Notes: generated by a model not told the origin, from the sequence alone. A DNA stretch of 64,000 bases from Tricharina praecox (GCF_024521635.1 NW_026250403.1:1860001-1924000); one strand, 5' to 3'. Counted from the stretch's first letter, positions 25,081 to 39,836 are shown. Program-made: numbers and translations.

Positions 25081-26639
25081 ATGGCCTCCTCATTCATACG
25101 GATTGCCGCCCGACCGTCGGCCGCTAGATTCCTTCCCCGGTTTGCGTCGACCGCACGATGCCTCGCGACAACGCCACCACGGAGGGCGGAAGCTGAGTAC
25201 CAGCGAACAACCTTAACGGAGTCGATCCCGAACCCCTCGATGGGGTTCCGGGAAGTCAAGTCTGACCCCGAGACGTCGCCGGAGAACCGGAAGATCAGAC
25301 ACTACACCGTCAATTTCGTATGTCCTCATCAGATGGAGAAAACTGGCGCTGCGGTGCGGTGTAGCGGGGCTGATGGATGAGATAGGGTCCTCAACATCCC
25401 GCTGCTCACGGTGTGTTGCGGTTGATTCTGGAACTCAACGGAGAGGAGATCTTGCGGAGCGACCCTCACGTCGGACTGCTGCACCGAGGAACGGAGAAGT
25501 TGATTGAGTACAAGACATACCTTCAAGTATGCAATGAAACAGCTTCCTTGTTCGGTGACGGTTGCATTAACGGTCGGTACGATAGGCTCTTCCATACTTT
25601 GACCGTCTCGATTACGTCTCCATGATGACCAACGAACAATGTTACTCTCTTGCCGTCGAGAAGCTGCTCAACGTCGAGATCCCCGACAGAGCCAAGTGGA
25701 TCCGTACCCTATTCGGAGAGATCACCCGTATCCTTAACCACCTCATGTCCATCCTGTCCCACGCCATGGACGTTGGTGCATTGACCCCCTTCCTGTGGGG
25801 TTTCGAAGAGCGTGAGAAGCTGATGGTAAAAAAATCCTCTGGATCACGCTGCCGCTGTCGTGCGCGCTGACGCATTCCAGGAATTCTACGAGCGTGTGTC
25901 TGGTGCCCGTCTGCACGCCGCGTACGTGCGTCCCGGCGGTGTCCACCAGGATCTCCCCATCGGTCTCCTCGACGATATCTTCCAGTGGGCCACTCAGTTC
26001 GGTGACCGCATCGATGAGGTGGAGGAGATGCTTACCGACAACCGCATCTGGAAGGCGCGTACCATCGGAATCGGTGTTGTCAGCGCTGCCGAAGCTCTCA
26101 ACTACGGTTTCTCGGGTGTCATGCTCCGTGGTTCCGGTGTCCCCTGGGATATCCGCAAGTCACAGCCTTACGATGCCTACGGCCAGGTAGAGTTTGATGT
26201 TCCCGTCGGCCAGAACGGTGACTGCTACGATCGCTACCTGTGCCGTATGGAGGAGTTCCGCCAGTCGCTCCGCATCATCCACCAGTGCCTCAACAAGATG
26301 CCCCCGGGACCCGTGCGCGTCGAGGACTTCAAGATCTCGCCACCTCCCAGAGCCGCCATGAAGGAGAACATGGAGGCTTTGATCCACCACTTCCTACTAT
26401 ACACCAAGGGCTACGCCGTGCCGCCGGGTGAGACCTACTCCGCCATCGAGGCGCCGAAGGGAGAGATGGGTGTCTACATTGTTTCGGACGGCTCCGAGAG
26501 GCCGTACCGATGCAAGATCCGTGCTCCCGGATTCGCGCATCTGGGATGTTTCGACCAGGTCGCCAGGGGTCACTTGTTGGCCGATGCGGTGGCGATTATC
26601 GGTACGATGGATTTGGTGTTCGGTGAGGTGGATAGGTAA
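25081..26639 (+). CDS. nuo49: NADH:ubiquinone oxidoreductase 49-kDa subunit (NDUFS2/NuoD), mitochondrial precursor, ~458 aa (exons 25081-25317, 25386-25526, 25586-25825, 25881-26639)
   Basis: R/S/A-rich presequence; [64 protein letters not shown] and C-terminal DLVFGEVDR. Three phase-0 GT-AG introns. Confidence 0.97.
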
Positions 26640-28196
26640 ACTTGTGGCTTTATAGAAGTGCCGGACTTTCGAACGTGGGATATTAGTTATCCTGTTGGCG
26701 GAGCGCGGTGGGAGCGGAAAGCATTACTCTGATATATATTTGCAACCACTTGTCATTTTTTGATCATCCGAGTCTCACGTTATGATCTAGAGGTCGTCGG
26801 ACATGTTGTGTCGCTCGAATCCCATTGTGTTGCCCCTGGACGCCATGTGCCCGCGATTATAGAAGCTGCGCAACCGCGCTTTCTTTCATACAGAGATATT
26901 ATGCATGATTCCGCTGTTAATAAGTCTCCATCCCATCGGTTTTGTCTCGAACAGCCCTGTCCGCCGCCCGGGCACCTAGATACTAGCCATCACTCATCTA
27001 TGGGCCAACAAAAACTGTGCCATCTTGATCCCTAGTGCATACAGTTGCGGGCACAGGTCAGAGGGAAGAGGACGAAGCGAAATCAATATACCCAGTAGGC
27101 TTTTTACCAAAGAAAAGTGCCGCCCAGCTATCTGGGTATAGTATCACTTGATCTTCTCGGGAGCATGATACCGTTGCAAGGGAAAGCTCTCTGGAGGGAG
27201 GAGAAGAGGGAGAAAAGGGAGAAGACGAGCGAGCCAATCGGGGGGGGAGAGATAGGTATGGGACGAGACTGCGAGTGCGAGTGCGCAGATAGGTAGGCAG
27301 CACCAATACGGCTTCACTGCGACAGCCAGTAGACGAAAACACACCTGTCCGAAGGCCGCCGACAGGAATGTGCCACTCCCATGTACGAATACACGGCCGA
27401 GCCACATCCCCACACTCACGCCGGCAGCAAGAACAATACCTAGGTGGTCTCAACACATTCAATCACACATAACATCCGATCGCATGTGCATCCGGCCTAC
27501 CTACGTAATGTAACATGGAGACTTCCGATATCTACTTTATCTACAAACGAGATCAGACACTGAGGGGTTACGCATGCTTCGAAGGAACGTAGATATCATA
27601 CTACTACAGACACTGGCTGGCTGGCGAACACGCATTCAACAGACACATATCGCTTTGCACAGCTCCTGCAAGATGGCTTTAACCTCTCCAATCGCCCCGA
27701 CATTTTCTCGGATTTTCCACTCAACCTCCGCCACGGCCACGTGATCATCCTCGATCTCGCTCTCCAGGCTCCAGCTGACATCTCCAAGCGTGGCGGGGTC
27801 ATTCTCCTCCAGCTGTTTGCGCGGGATGCACATTGAGACCGACGGTGTCGGGTAGGAAGAATTGTAGGAGAGTGTATCTTATTGAGAGTAGATGCCGGGT
27901 CGGGTGGCTTTGTCGTGTGAAATCAAGTTCCAACCAACGCTTCGTGTCTATGACGGCAAAAAGCGAGTGATTTCCTGTGTATGTCTGCAACCACCAGTCG
28001 GCAAAAGCCAACCAGCCAGCCAGCCAGCCAGTAGAGCCGCGATACTTCTACTTCATGCGTGCAGAGATTCGGGACGAAGCTTGGGAGCTGGATAAAGCCC
28101 ACCAATTGGCGTTCGCGCGGAGTTGGGCCTGTTGATAGGTACCATAGATATCACTCGGCTGCGGGGGACGCGGGGGGTTTCGGGGAAGCAGAATAG

Positions 28197-28380
28197 AATC
28201 GGCAAGGGGAGGTGAGGGGAAGTTCCGGGTTCAAACCGGGTGAAGGTGAAAGAACTTTGTATTCATAAAGCTCTTGGTTTCCAAGCCACCCTTCGGGCTC
28301 GGGCCGTGATGGCTTTTTCAGTTTTCAATTTTTGGCATCCGGGAAGGAGCACACGATATCACTCGGTCATCTCACGTGAC
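28197..28380 (+). repeat. Dispersed repeat copy B (SINE/Pol III ncRNA-like), homologous to 24067-24227
   Basis: Same collinear blocks as copy A. B-box-like GGTTCAAACC at 28228-28237; AAGCCA...TGGCTT hairpin running into a T-tract. Confidence 0.8.
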
Positions 28381-31300
28381 TTGTGAGCTGGATCCAATCC
28401 GCCCGGCTGGAGATTCCTCACTCGCTCGGCCCGATCCGACGTGCATGTCGGGCCCGCCCAATTCGAGGATCGCCAACACACACACGCATCTACATATAGT
28501 AGTACACATGCATTAGGTACATACTCTACACACCGCTTATCGTTTTCGCATCGGCGTGACTCGGATGGACGTCTACCTATGTGTGTGTGTACTACATACG
28601 ACGGTTAATTGCGCCTTAAACCTATCCATCGCCGCGAGGCGAGGCGGAGGAGCACCGTTGCGGGGGGAGGGGGCGGGGAGAGGAGGATCACAGTTGCTGC
28701 TGCTGCTGCTGTCTCTCTATCATCGTGACGTCGTGCATGGGCTGGAATAAGGAAAAAGAAAAAAAGGAAAGGGGCAAAAAGGAAAGAGGAAAATCACACA
28801 CTCTCTCTGTCAGTCTATCTGTCTAGCCCTTCTCTCACCGCCCGGCGCCGCAGGCGCCAGTCAGTCAGCCAGCCAACCAGCCAACCAGCTAGCGGTGAAG
28901 CACGAATCACGTAGATATGCGTAGCTCATGCGCAACGGTAACGCAGGTATGTATCAAGAGGACTGTCTAACTACCCCGCAAAACCGGGACCGTTCCCCGG
29001 AGGAGGAGGATGAGGAGGAGGAGGAAGAGGCGGAACGAAAATGATGCGTGCGGGAAACATGGTCCGCTTCCGGTCTTGTGATTATGTGGGCTCGCTACAT
29101 ATGTATGTATGTAGAGTACTGTTGTACATACACTTCTACCGTGGATCGGGTGCGGGTGCGTGTGTGCGGGTGCGTGTGTGCGGGTGCGTGTGGGTGCGTG
29201 TGTGGGTGCGTGTGTGGGTGGGTATGGCTTCTGGTCTGCGGATGTTGATATTGGGATATTGGTCGATGTGGCGCTCCGTTCCGAGCTCATACCTGCTGTG
29301 GGTTGCGGGTGGTAGGTAGCTATCTATGCACATACCTACCATACCTACATACCACGCTGGAGAAGGGAATGGCGAAAGCGAAGTGGAGGAAGGGGCGGCG
29401 GCGGCGACGAGGGGGGCGGGCAGAGAGTGGGAGACGCGGTTCGTTTACCCGCCGGTAAGTAAAATATGCTACTTCCAGCACTCTATCCCTACATGTCCTT
29501 TTTCATTGGATAGTGTACTTCTCTCTCGCGGGCAGGCGAGAGACGATTAGCTAGTCTCGCAGCGGTGGCTCTCTTTGGTGTGGACGTCGTGATCTACTTA
29601 GGTCTATAGACACGTCAATAAAATGATTTCCCCCCCCCCTCCCCTACATGTCCGGCGGTAGTATACTGGTATTCGTTGCACCTCCCTAGCTTGGCCCAAT
29701 CAGGACTAGCGCAGAAAGGATGGCAATGAGTGATATCAAAAGCATTCGGCGAGTGAGCTCTTCCGCAAAGCAACATGTGTACATTAGTACAAACAGGCTC
29801 TCCAACATTATATATCTAGCAGCGTATATTCCCACTTCCCTTCTCCCGAAGCTTTTGTAAACATTTGACAGTGTACCTAGTACCTGGTAGAGTCCGCCGC
29901 CGCCCTCGGTGTAGTAGTATTCGCCGGTGGCCTGTCTGCAACATGGCTGCCTTTTTGTAACTCCAGTCCCGGCCCGATAGCCTCTGTATCAGCGCTGTTG
30001 CTCATATCTCTGGTATTGGAACCGCAGATGTTTGAAGTACCGTGGGTCAGAGGTGGCGACGGCGACTGTCATATAGCAACCGTCACTGCTACCAGCACAG
30101 CTACAACCAAACTAATCGAGATAGTGAGCCGTGTAGTTGTGCAGACGCACTGCCGCCTCCTAATCTGGCCTGGTCGGGCATACTTTGCAGTGCAACGAAT
30201 ATACTCCCCCCCCCGGACATGTAGGGGATAGGTGGGGGCGAAGGGGGGCTGTCAGCATGCCACCATGGTGCGAGTCGAGTGCAGCTGTGTGCTGCTCGCC
30301 ATCGACGATCAGAAGATTGGGCAAAAAGCCTCTTGGCAGCCGACGTATCCCCTCCCCACCGCCCCCGCGCCCCATGCCTTCCTTCGTCTTCAAGGGCTCC
30401 GTGACGGTCTCGGACGGGGCGACGTCTTGGCCCGAAAAGGGCTGGCGACTGGGTTCGACGGGATTTGCCTTCCCTCAGAGCGACTTGTTCCATCCTGATC
30501 TGATGTCTGGGGCCGGAGATGACGAACTGAAGTCTGAAGACATGTTTTGTCATGGGGAGCGTGGACTGCCACTAGTGACCGACTACATGCTTGCTCGCTC
30601 GCTGTGGGGTAGGTAAATAGAGTAGTAGCACTTGCCTAGGTATGCAACGGTGGAGAGTCGGAGTGCAGTGGCGTGGCGTGCTGGGGTTCAATTTCCATCA
30701 ATCATGATGATGATCAGCAGAGCACGGAAAGACCTGTTTCCACCGACAGAGACAGAGACAGAGTCCGCTCTCTCTCGGCGGCGGGGGTTGTGTTCCAGTC
30801 CCCGTTGCCCGGGTAGGAGCTATATACTATACCGGTAGTGTTATGGGGATCTATCTAACTATAGTAATGCCACTTTCGCCAGCCGGAGAACGGAGAACGG
30901 AGCAGACGCCGCAAACCGGAGGACGGAGAGTGGGTAGTAGGTAGATTATGTATCATAGGTATGAACGGTAGGTATGAACGGTACGCAAGCTGCCCGTCTA
31001 CCTACCTACCTACCTTTCTGCCCCCAACTCGAGCCCGTTTATTGATGGCCTGTAAGCCACGCGCGCGCGCCCTGTGCGAACCGCCCCCCCGAGAACGTGA
31101 TGAATTCACCGAGTGGCACGTTCGCTGTTTCCGCGGTCCGTCCGAAAGAGGTGGCGTCAGCGTCCTCGGCTGTCAGCGTCCGTCCGTCTGTCCACGGTCC
31201 GCATCCGCATCCGCATCCGCAGTCCGCAATTCGGCGCCGCTTATCCAGGGCCCAATCGCTTCTGGCAGGCGCACGCCCAGGAGTAAGTAGTAGCAAGTCA

Positions 31301-34300
31301 CTCTAGAGTAGTATGGCGTGGCATGGCGCCTTTGCGACTTCTGGCGGCGGCGCCCGGGGGGAAGATGGGGGCGCCCAGACCGGATTGGTCGACGCTTTGA
31401 GACTCGAGAGACGCCTCTTGGAGGAGAGTCTTGGACGTGGGATATAGTTAAACGCCATCTTGATAATCTCCTTGCCCAGACCTCTAACCACCACCGCCGC
31501 CGCCATGTCTTGCCATGCCATGTCTTGCCATGGCTTGCCATGCTATTCCCTCGTGGCTATGTATGAGTACCGTAAGCTCCTCATCCAGGGAGACGATTGT
31601 GCTAACTACGGGTTGGAGATGGGGAGATGGGGAGGGGGGCAATTACCAGTTAGTCGTCAAGAACCACTCACTCACTCACACAGAGAGAGAGACACACAGA
31701 GATAACCACACTTGGGTGTTTCCAGAAACCGCAGCCCCATGGCCCCACATGCGCCTCGTGGGACATGTCTGTAGTAGTCTGTACTACCGGTGCTACCCCA
31801 TGGAGCGCCAGTGCGCCACCTTCGGACGACTTGACTTGACTCGCGCAACGCCGAGCGAATGAGAGCTCGTGAGTCCGTTTTGCGATCGGTGGGCTTGCCC
31901 CACATCGGCGGCAGGCAGGTACGACGCCGCCATGGGTTGGTTTGCTCACGTCCGTTCGGTACGCGGGTTCTCCTCGGATGAGTAGGAAGCTGGTGGCTAG
32001 TGGAGCCCTTTTTTCTCTTGAGCTTTCATCTGGAGTGAGAACTCTACTAGTACCTACCTAGGGACGACGCCGCTCCGCGTGTAAGGCGGGGGGAGCGAGG
32101 GAGGGGGGTGGCTTGCTCGAGGAATTGCCATTTTTCCTTCTCGAAGCTACCTAGGCCCGTTACATACCTGTTTCCTGCAGGTTTGGATATGAAGACGAGG
32201 AGGAAGAGGAGGAGGAGAGGGGTATATGATATTACGTGGAGAATTTTACGAAGGGGGGTGTGTGGGTTCGCAGGATGCCATCCTTGAGGGAGTCCGATAT
32301 CAGGCCCCCTCGGAGAGAGAGAGGAGGGGCATGATGGGAGTCGAAGTGAAGTACAGTTACATGGCGGCCAGGTACCTACCACGGCGGTGACCGCCCTGGG
32401 GGAGGGGAGGGGAAATGTGCGCTGGCAATTACTGGCAGCAGTGGACAGTGGGTATCCCGGCTTCGGATCCCCCTTCGATGACGATGCTGGATATTGCACC
32501 GGTGAAACGGTCGAAGCTGCGAGCTGCGAGGCGTTAAATGCCGAACACGTCGCCCGTATACCGTACGTATACCGTACGTTCGAGTCATTGTCCCGGCTCG
32601 GCCCGTTGCGAACTCCTAGACCCAGACCCAGCTGGCCATCGTTACGTGCCGACGACATACAGTCTCCAGGGACGAGGTTGATGCCTGCGCCGCTGCCCTG
32701 CTGCCCTGCTGCCCGCCCTGCGCACTCCGCACCACCACACCCGTACTCGGCATTTCTGCACTCTGCATCCATTACTCGACACCCGCTGCCACGTTGAATT
32801 ACGTACGAAGCTGTATCGGCGAAACTCCAAGTCTGACTCCGTGAACCGCAATAACTACGGTATGTATTCGACATCATCTAATTCCGGATGAACGTGGCAG
32901 CGAACTCCACTCTCGGTAGATGGGGGTTGCTCTCCTCCCACCCACACACACTCCCACACACACTTTATTTTTTTATTTTTTGAGTGCATAGTAGGTAGCA
33001 GTAGGTAGGCACCCAGGGACATGGGATGGGAATTCCCAGTCAAGCCCCACCCCCCCATCACTCTCCAGGCGCCACCGGGATGTTCCATCGTATTAGGCAA
33101 CCCACTCGCACTCCACACACACACACGACGTAGAGTATGATGGTAGAGTACAGTACATAGAACACAGTCGCATCTGTATGGGTGGATGTTTCTTCTGGAA
33201 GGTGGTGGGCCACGAAGTGCTATGGGGTCGCTTAACTACCTAGATACTGGCGCCGAAGAGCCGACGTTTCTTCCAGAAGGCCTTCGACGTAAGTATGTAT
33301 CAGCGTTAGTTAGCTGCTGGCAGGCAAAATGTTCAGGCGCTCGCACGCGCGCGCCGCTTGCCCGCAGGCCCGCAGCGGTCATTACCGATGGGGGCGTCCC
33401 TTACCGAGATATTGCCACCTCCCCACCCCGTCCCCCGCCCGCGGCGGCGGCCGTTGAGCGGTGAGCGGTGAGGAATTTTAGATATCATACTTACATATAA
33501 AGAGGCTGTAATTATGTAAAGAACCATAGGATGCCGGTCAGGCGGTCGGCCGCTCAGTCTACATTCCGCAGCTTTGCAGCAGCGACGCAGGCGGACGAAA
33601 CCGCAGAGTTCCAGCCGGAGATGGTGGACGTATGCGCTGCAGCGCTGCAGCGTTATGTGTGAGTTGTGAGAGAGCACAATATGCTGTGTGTGTGTGTGTG
33701 CCAAGTCCGCAGGAAACCCCAGCGAGAAAAAAAGGTGGAGATGGAGATGATCGTGCAGGAGCGCCAAGCTGCCACTGGACCACTGGCAAGTCGCGATCCT
33801 GCCTGCAGGAGGAGGAGTCGCATCCCTCGCACGCCCACAATTCGTGGCAAGAGAGAAACAAATGTTTCACCTCACCGTCGGAGGACTGCCAGGTGAGGCT
33901 TTCAGCCAGTCAACAGTGGCAGTGGCTTTATGTACTAGTATTCTTCACATCGGCGTCGTCGAAGCACGCGGCATCCTCGCCGGCCATCCAGGATCGTCTG
34001 CATACCTGCTCTACTTATGATATTTACAAAAAGTCGTAGGTATGCACCCCCCAATGTCAGACATCTGTGAATCGATCGTATGTAGGTTTGTATGTCGGTG
34101 GTTTCCCCGTCCAGAGGCCGGAGGTCCAATCATATGGTTACTATAGGTCATCCTGATGCGCAAGTTGCAACCAGTATCTGCACACCTATATACTCTACTA
34201 TCTATGTATACACCTCCCCGCCGAGCTCCAGAGTCTAGAGTAGAGCAGAGTCGGTATGTATGTTTGTAAGATGCATACGCATACCAGCCACGCCAACCAT

Positions 34301-37300
34301 AGTGGACCAATCGCTTCTCGGAACTGTCGGAGTGCAATGCGATGCGCTGCGATGCGATACGATGCATGCGGGGGAGGGGGCGACGTTACACGTCTCGTCT
34401 TGTCTGGTGTGGTGTCGGTGTCGGTGTCGGTCAGCAACAGAGCAGAGCAAAAAGCAGCCTACATAGCCGCGCTTCCCATGCCCTTCCCTTTCCGATAGCC
34501 GTGGAGATTGCGCTACATACACACACCTACACTGGAACTATGCCATCATAGCCAGTGCCACCTCGTCCTCGATATCCTCTTTGCGAATGTTGCTCCATAG
34601 AGGTAGTATGGATCCTGTCTGCCTGCCTGCCCGTCCGTCGATTCGATTCGATCGGACGGACGTCCTGCACAACCCGCTGTCACAGATAGTTACACCCCCC
34701 TAAAAACATCTGCTGGCGGGAGAAGCCGACTAACGAATGAGCGCTGGAATCCGATACCTTCAAACTTTACACGAAACCGCACCGTCGTTTCCTCCTCTCC
34801 TCTCCTCTCCTCTCCTCTCCTCTCCGCTCGACCATTTGCCCTCCGCTCCCGAGCTCGCACAGGAAAATAAGGCGGAAATATGCAATAACGGGAGTAATAT
34901 ACGTACCTAATGTAATAACATCGAAACGCAAACCTAAAAACAACCCGATACATGGGTGGCCGAGTGACATCTCATGCCTAATGCGGCAACGCGCGCACCG
35001 CCAGTAGATACGTTACTCTCGATGGAGTAGAGTACGTAACGTAACATCAAACGGTCGCCGTCATCCATCATTTCAAACATATTCCATTCAGAGATTCTGC
35101 CGCCACTTATGCATCCGGTGAGATCCGATCCTCATGGTTGCCCCATCGTCATCGTCATCGCGATTCGCCATCGCCCATCGCCAGACATGTGTATGAGACG
35201 AGGCGAGACGAGACGTAGTATCCGCCGCCAATAATTGATGCGACTATTACATACGAGGCAACCGACCGCGAATGAACTCCGTCGGCAAATTCCAGAGCGG
35301 CGAAAGCAAAAAAACAAAATAAAACTTGGTAAAAAAACAAAAAAAAACCAGATGTCGGGAACCACGAGGTCCATCAAAAAGAAGCGGGCGAATCAGAAGC
35401 GGTGGTCAGACCTTACTTCAGCGGTGCCGAACAGACTACATACACCGTCGCTCGCCCCGTCATCTTTCACCCATGGATCGCAAGGGAAACCCGCACAGCT
35501 TTGCCGGCGGGTGCTCCCGCTGTCTCTCTACCGTCGCACCCTAGACGGATCGGATACCTGAGTTCTGTGCGCAAGTAGAATCGATAGTCAAGTTTTGCCG
35601 GCGCTCTGATGTTTATGCAGAACCGCGCCCGGAGACACCCATCCGCCCTCCGCGACCATCGCCGCAGCCAACGGGCCCACCTCCTTGCCCCTCGCCCCCC
35701 CCCTCCTCCGCCCCCCCTCCCCCCCTCCCTCCTCCGCCCCCCGTCGTCCACCCCCACCATCCCATACGTAGGTGATCCAATCTAATGGAGCTCGCAAATC
35801 AAGAGGTCGGATCTCCGAAAATCGAAGATGCGCTTGCAGCTTCCGCTTGGCCCGCCACCGGTTGCCATCCGAAACTTCTGAGCGGCGGCCATGGATGGAT
35901 GGATTGCATTAGATATTCCATCGAGAAACGGCTCGAGCGCAGCAGCTTTCGCAAATTTCGCAGCTTTCGCTGCGCTTGATTAGGTATTTTTTTTTCCTGC
36001 TCGAAAGTTGGTGACCACCACCACCGCCGCCGAGGAAAATCTGGTGCGACGCGAGGGCAAAAACAAAAGCGGCCACAGCGCATGCGCGGCGCGGCGCAGC
36101 GCGGTGTGTGGTGCGGCGTCGTCGCAGGGCGGCGGACGGCGAATAGTCAGAATTGCCGCAGAAACTCCGTACGTCAGTCCGTCCGTCCAATCCTTCCTCG
36201 TCCTGCTGCTGCTCATCCTGCGTCCAAGAAACAGAACAACCATGGCTACCACCACACCCTTTCTCCAGAATCGCGGTAGCACTGGGCTTTAGGACGACCG
36301 GAGAGGATGGATGATCGATCGATATCGAGATCTCGCACGCAGTGTCTATCCTCCCCCCATCCAGGTATCCCATCTTGCTGGGGACTTTCGGTAGAATGTC
36401 CGCACACACATACCACAACCACAACCACAACCACCACACACCACAACCACAACCACCACAACCATTTGCGAACAACCATCCGAACCATCCATCCACACAC
36501 ACACACCGCTCCGGTCTCGAAGTTTCAATGGGGGCGAGCCCCATCAACCATCATCATTCGGCGTCATGATCGGCATATCCTTGATACCATCGGTCGTCCG
36601 CCTCGTCTTGCGGGTTGCAGCTTCCGTCTTGCGCAGCTAACGAGTAAAATGCACTGCGGGAGGGAGGGAGTGAGGCAGGGAGGGATATGTGCAAGATTGA
36701 TGGGTCGACGGAGAAGTCGATGGAGAAGTTTGGGTTTATTTTCTTGCTGCTGCTGTTGTTTCGTTTCCGGCAAATCGACCGTATGCGCGCATGTATTGTA
36801 CTAGAGTAGGTATGCTCTCATATGCCAATGTGGATGCACCCCGCCATCGCCGCGGTCGCCGCATCGCCCCTCCCCGCCCCGCCTCTCCCCTCCTCCCCGC
36901 CCTTAGCCCGCACATGCCCCGCCCCCGCATGGAACACCAGATCCGTCGCAGCGGACGAAAACGCTCGAAGCATGTGTAGCACCCAGTTAGGTAGAGTACC
37001 CTACGCTGCCTACTCGAGGAAAGAATTATCTCTCCGAAACAGCGAAGAAAAAAAAGTAAGGAAGAGCGAACTGTGGTCGGTCCCTCCACCGATCCCGATC
37101 CGACAGCCAGCCAACAGCCAGCAGCAGCAGCAGCCCGGCCAGAACTTGCCGTCGCTTTTCCCCAACATCTTGTCCACCCCCAAACCATCACCAAGGTCTT
37201 GGAACACAATCCTGAAGAGCCGGGAAGGAGGGAGGGAGGGGGGCACACCCAACCAATCATTTCGCCCCCACTGCGCTACAGTACCACGAAGAAGTTCGCA

Positions 37301-38758
37301 CTGGGCTTTAGTCAACATCACACAGCCCATCTCATATTCTCCTCCTCACACCCACACACGCACACGCTCCGTGAAGAAAAAATAAATACCCACGTTGTTT
37401 ATTCCGTTGTACCGCCCTCCAACTTGTGCCAGCCCATGTATGGTATCCCAGCAGCTCGGTTCGAGCCTTTCGCCCTTCTCTCATGTACTTTCGCGAGCCC
37501 CATCCACCAGGATTTGGGGTTTGGGGTTTGGGTAATGTGCGCTAGGCAGTTGGAACGAGACCACCATCACCGATAGTGTCTGCATGTATGTATGCGTGGG
37601 TTCCGATGTAACCACGAGGAGTGGGTGGGAAACAAATGGTAGGCAATAAGCGAATCCTCTCCACTCCCCTCCCCAAGAGAGTCAACTTCTCAAGCCTGCT
37701 GCGCCCAGCTGCCTTCGATATGTACCGTATCTTCTGGTCAGCCTCTGGTCACAGTAAAGCGCAGTAGATACCCGCTGGTATCTCCGGCCGTCCTGTTGCG
37801 CACGTTTATTCATCCGCACAGCACCATGCCATGTTCATACTCGATGAAATGAATGCGACACTCGGCACTTGCTCTGCTCTATCGACAACCATCAACGTAT
37901 CGGCGCCAACACGCGCGAGCGAGCGAGTGCCCCACATCCAACAACATGGACTGCGGGCTTGCTGCGTAGTTGTTTTTGTTGTGGTGATGGTGGTGGTGGT
38001 GGTGGTGGTGATGGTGGTGGTTGTTGGTGGTGGTGGTGGTTGTTGGTGGAGGTGATGTCGTCGCGGAAACTTCCATCTTAGCCCACCGACGACGCAGCCC
38101 CAAAACGCAAGCAAAACCTCCCTCCGAGTCTCCGACCAATCCGATTTTGCTCACGGAGCGAGAAGGCTGGATGGAGAGCATGCTGTAGGTATGATCTATG
38201 TATGTAGAGTAATACTCACCCAGCCCAGCCCAGCTCACCCCCCAAGACGTTCCGGTTTACCCACAACAACCCCCACCCGCGTCGATGGGTCGGAGACGGT
38301 GGTTATGTCGAGTACGGTGGTAGTGGTGGTAGCGGTGGTAGTGGCGGTAGTAGTGGTGGTGGTGTTGGGGGGCTCCGTATCGTATCCCATCGTATCCCCA
38401 TTCCCTCATCTCATCTCGTCTCGTTCTTGCTCCTCCCCATTCCAAATCCCCGGCCGCCCCCCCCTCCCTCAAGAAATAAATCCCAAACCCCACTCAACCA
38501 CTGTTCCGGTGAACGGGTACCAAGGCTGCGCCACCAAATCGACATTCACCGCTCCACTCCACCGGGCAGTCCTAGTGATCTAGGAAAGTAAAGCGAACGT
38601 GAAGGTGGTGGGTGGGTTGGACAACGACGACGACACAACGACGAAAACAAAAAATGTCAGTAGATAGAGTAGAGTAGTGGGGTCAGACATCACATGCCAC
38701 ATACATATCATACAACAACTCTGCCCCCCCTCCTCCCTCCCCTCCCCCTCCCCTTTCA

Positions 38759-38789
<31 letters not shown>

Positions 38790-39740
38790 CCCTCCGATAC
38801 AGCATCTAGAGTGGAGTACTGTGGCTTCCCGCTAACCACGCCCCTGCTAACCACACATCACACACCCCTCGCTAGGTAGGGTAGTTAACCCATGGCACGC
38901 TCCGCGAGACCGAGGAATTCCTCAGAGCGAGCGACCAGCACCAGCAAGCAGCGCAGCACCGTCGTGATGTGTTGGAAGGATGGATGGGTGGAAGGAAGGA
39001 TGTATGGATGGATGTGTGGGTGGATGTGTGGATGTGTGGATGGATGGGGGTGGATGGATGGAGGGATGGGATACATACTCGACGGGACCAAGAACCTCAG
39101 GTAGGAAGGAGGTCTTGCCGAGCGAACGACCATTCTTCCGATCTGCGCTAGCTACTACACAGCGGCGACAGTGTTCAAAACGAGTTGTTTCCCAAACATA
39201 CCAACATCGCAAAATACCCCCCCCTCCCAGGCCCGCCCGCCTCCCTCTCCCTCCCTCCCTCCCTCCCTCCCTCCCTCCCTCCCTCCCTCCCTCCCTCCCT
39301 TCCTTCCTTCCTTCCTTCCCTGGCGTAGAGTATCTAGAGCCCAGTACTCTAGAGCAGAACGAGCAGAGCGAGATACATACCCAGGGTAGCCGTACATAGA
39401 GTCGAGTACCCAGAGTATCTAGAGTCGAGCAGGCTATCTACTACTGTATGTCTCTCTAGCCTCCCTCCATACCGGGGAAAACGAATCGACCATCTGCCAT
39501 CAACCATCGGCCATCGAGCAATTACAGCAAAGTGACCTATAAAGGCACTTAAATATGTACTTACGTACGGAGTAATTCGATTCCCGAGCGTGCGTTTTCT
39601 GACAGACGACACGACACGACACGACGGGCCCGGCTGTAATGTATAGTATGTACTCTACATAGCCTGGGTGTGAGAGATAGATTAATCGGGGCCCAAATAT
39701 TGTCTATATGGGGGTAGGTATCTAGGCTACCTACATCATC

Positions 39741-39836
39741 GCAGACAGGCTGGCAGGCAGACAGGCTGGCAGGCAGACAGGCTGGCAGGCAGACAGGCTG
39801 GCAGGCAGACAGGCTGGCAGGAACACAGGCTGGCTG
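39741..39836. repeat. 16-bp minisatellite GCAGACAGGCTGGCAG, 5 perfect copies plus 1 degenerate
   Basis: Five exact units at 39741-39820, then GAACACAGGCTGGCTG. Confidence 0.95.

Noticed and set aside
32047..32877. 276-aa ORF and other 150-245-aa ORFs in the desert
   Set aside because: No domains and no coding-like codon bias; low complexity, with similar-length ORFs on both strands.
39741..39836. CRISPR-like array
   Set aside because: Head-to-tail repeats without spacers in a eukaryote; an ordinary minisatellite.
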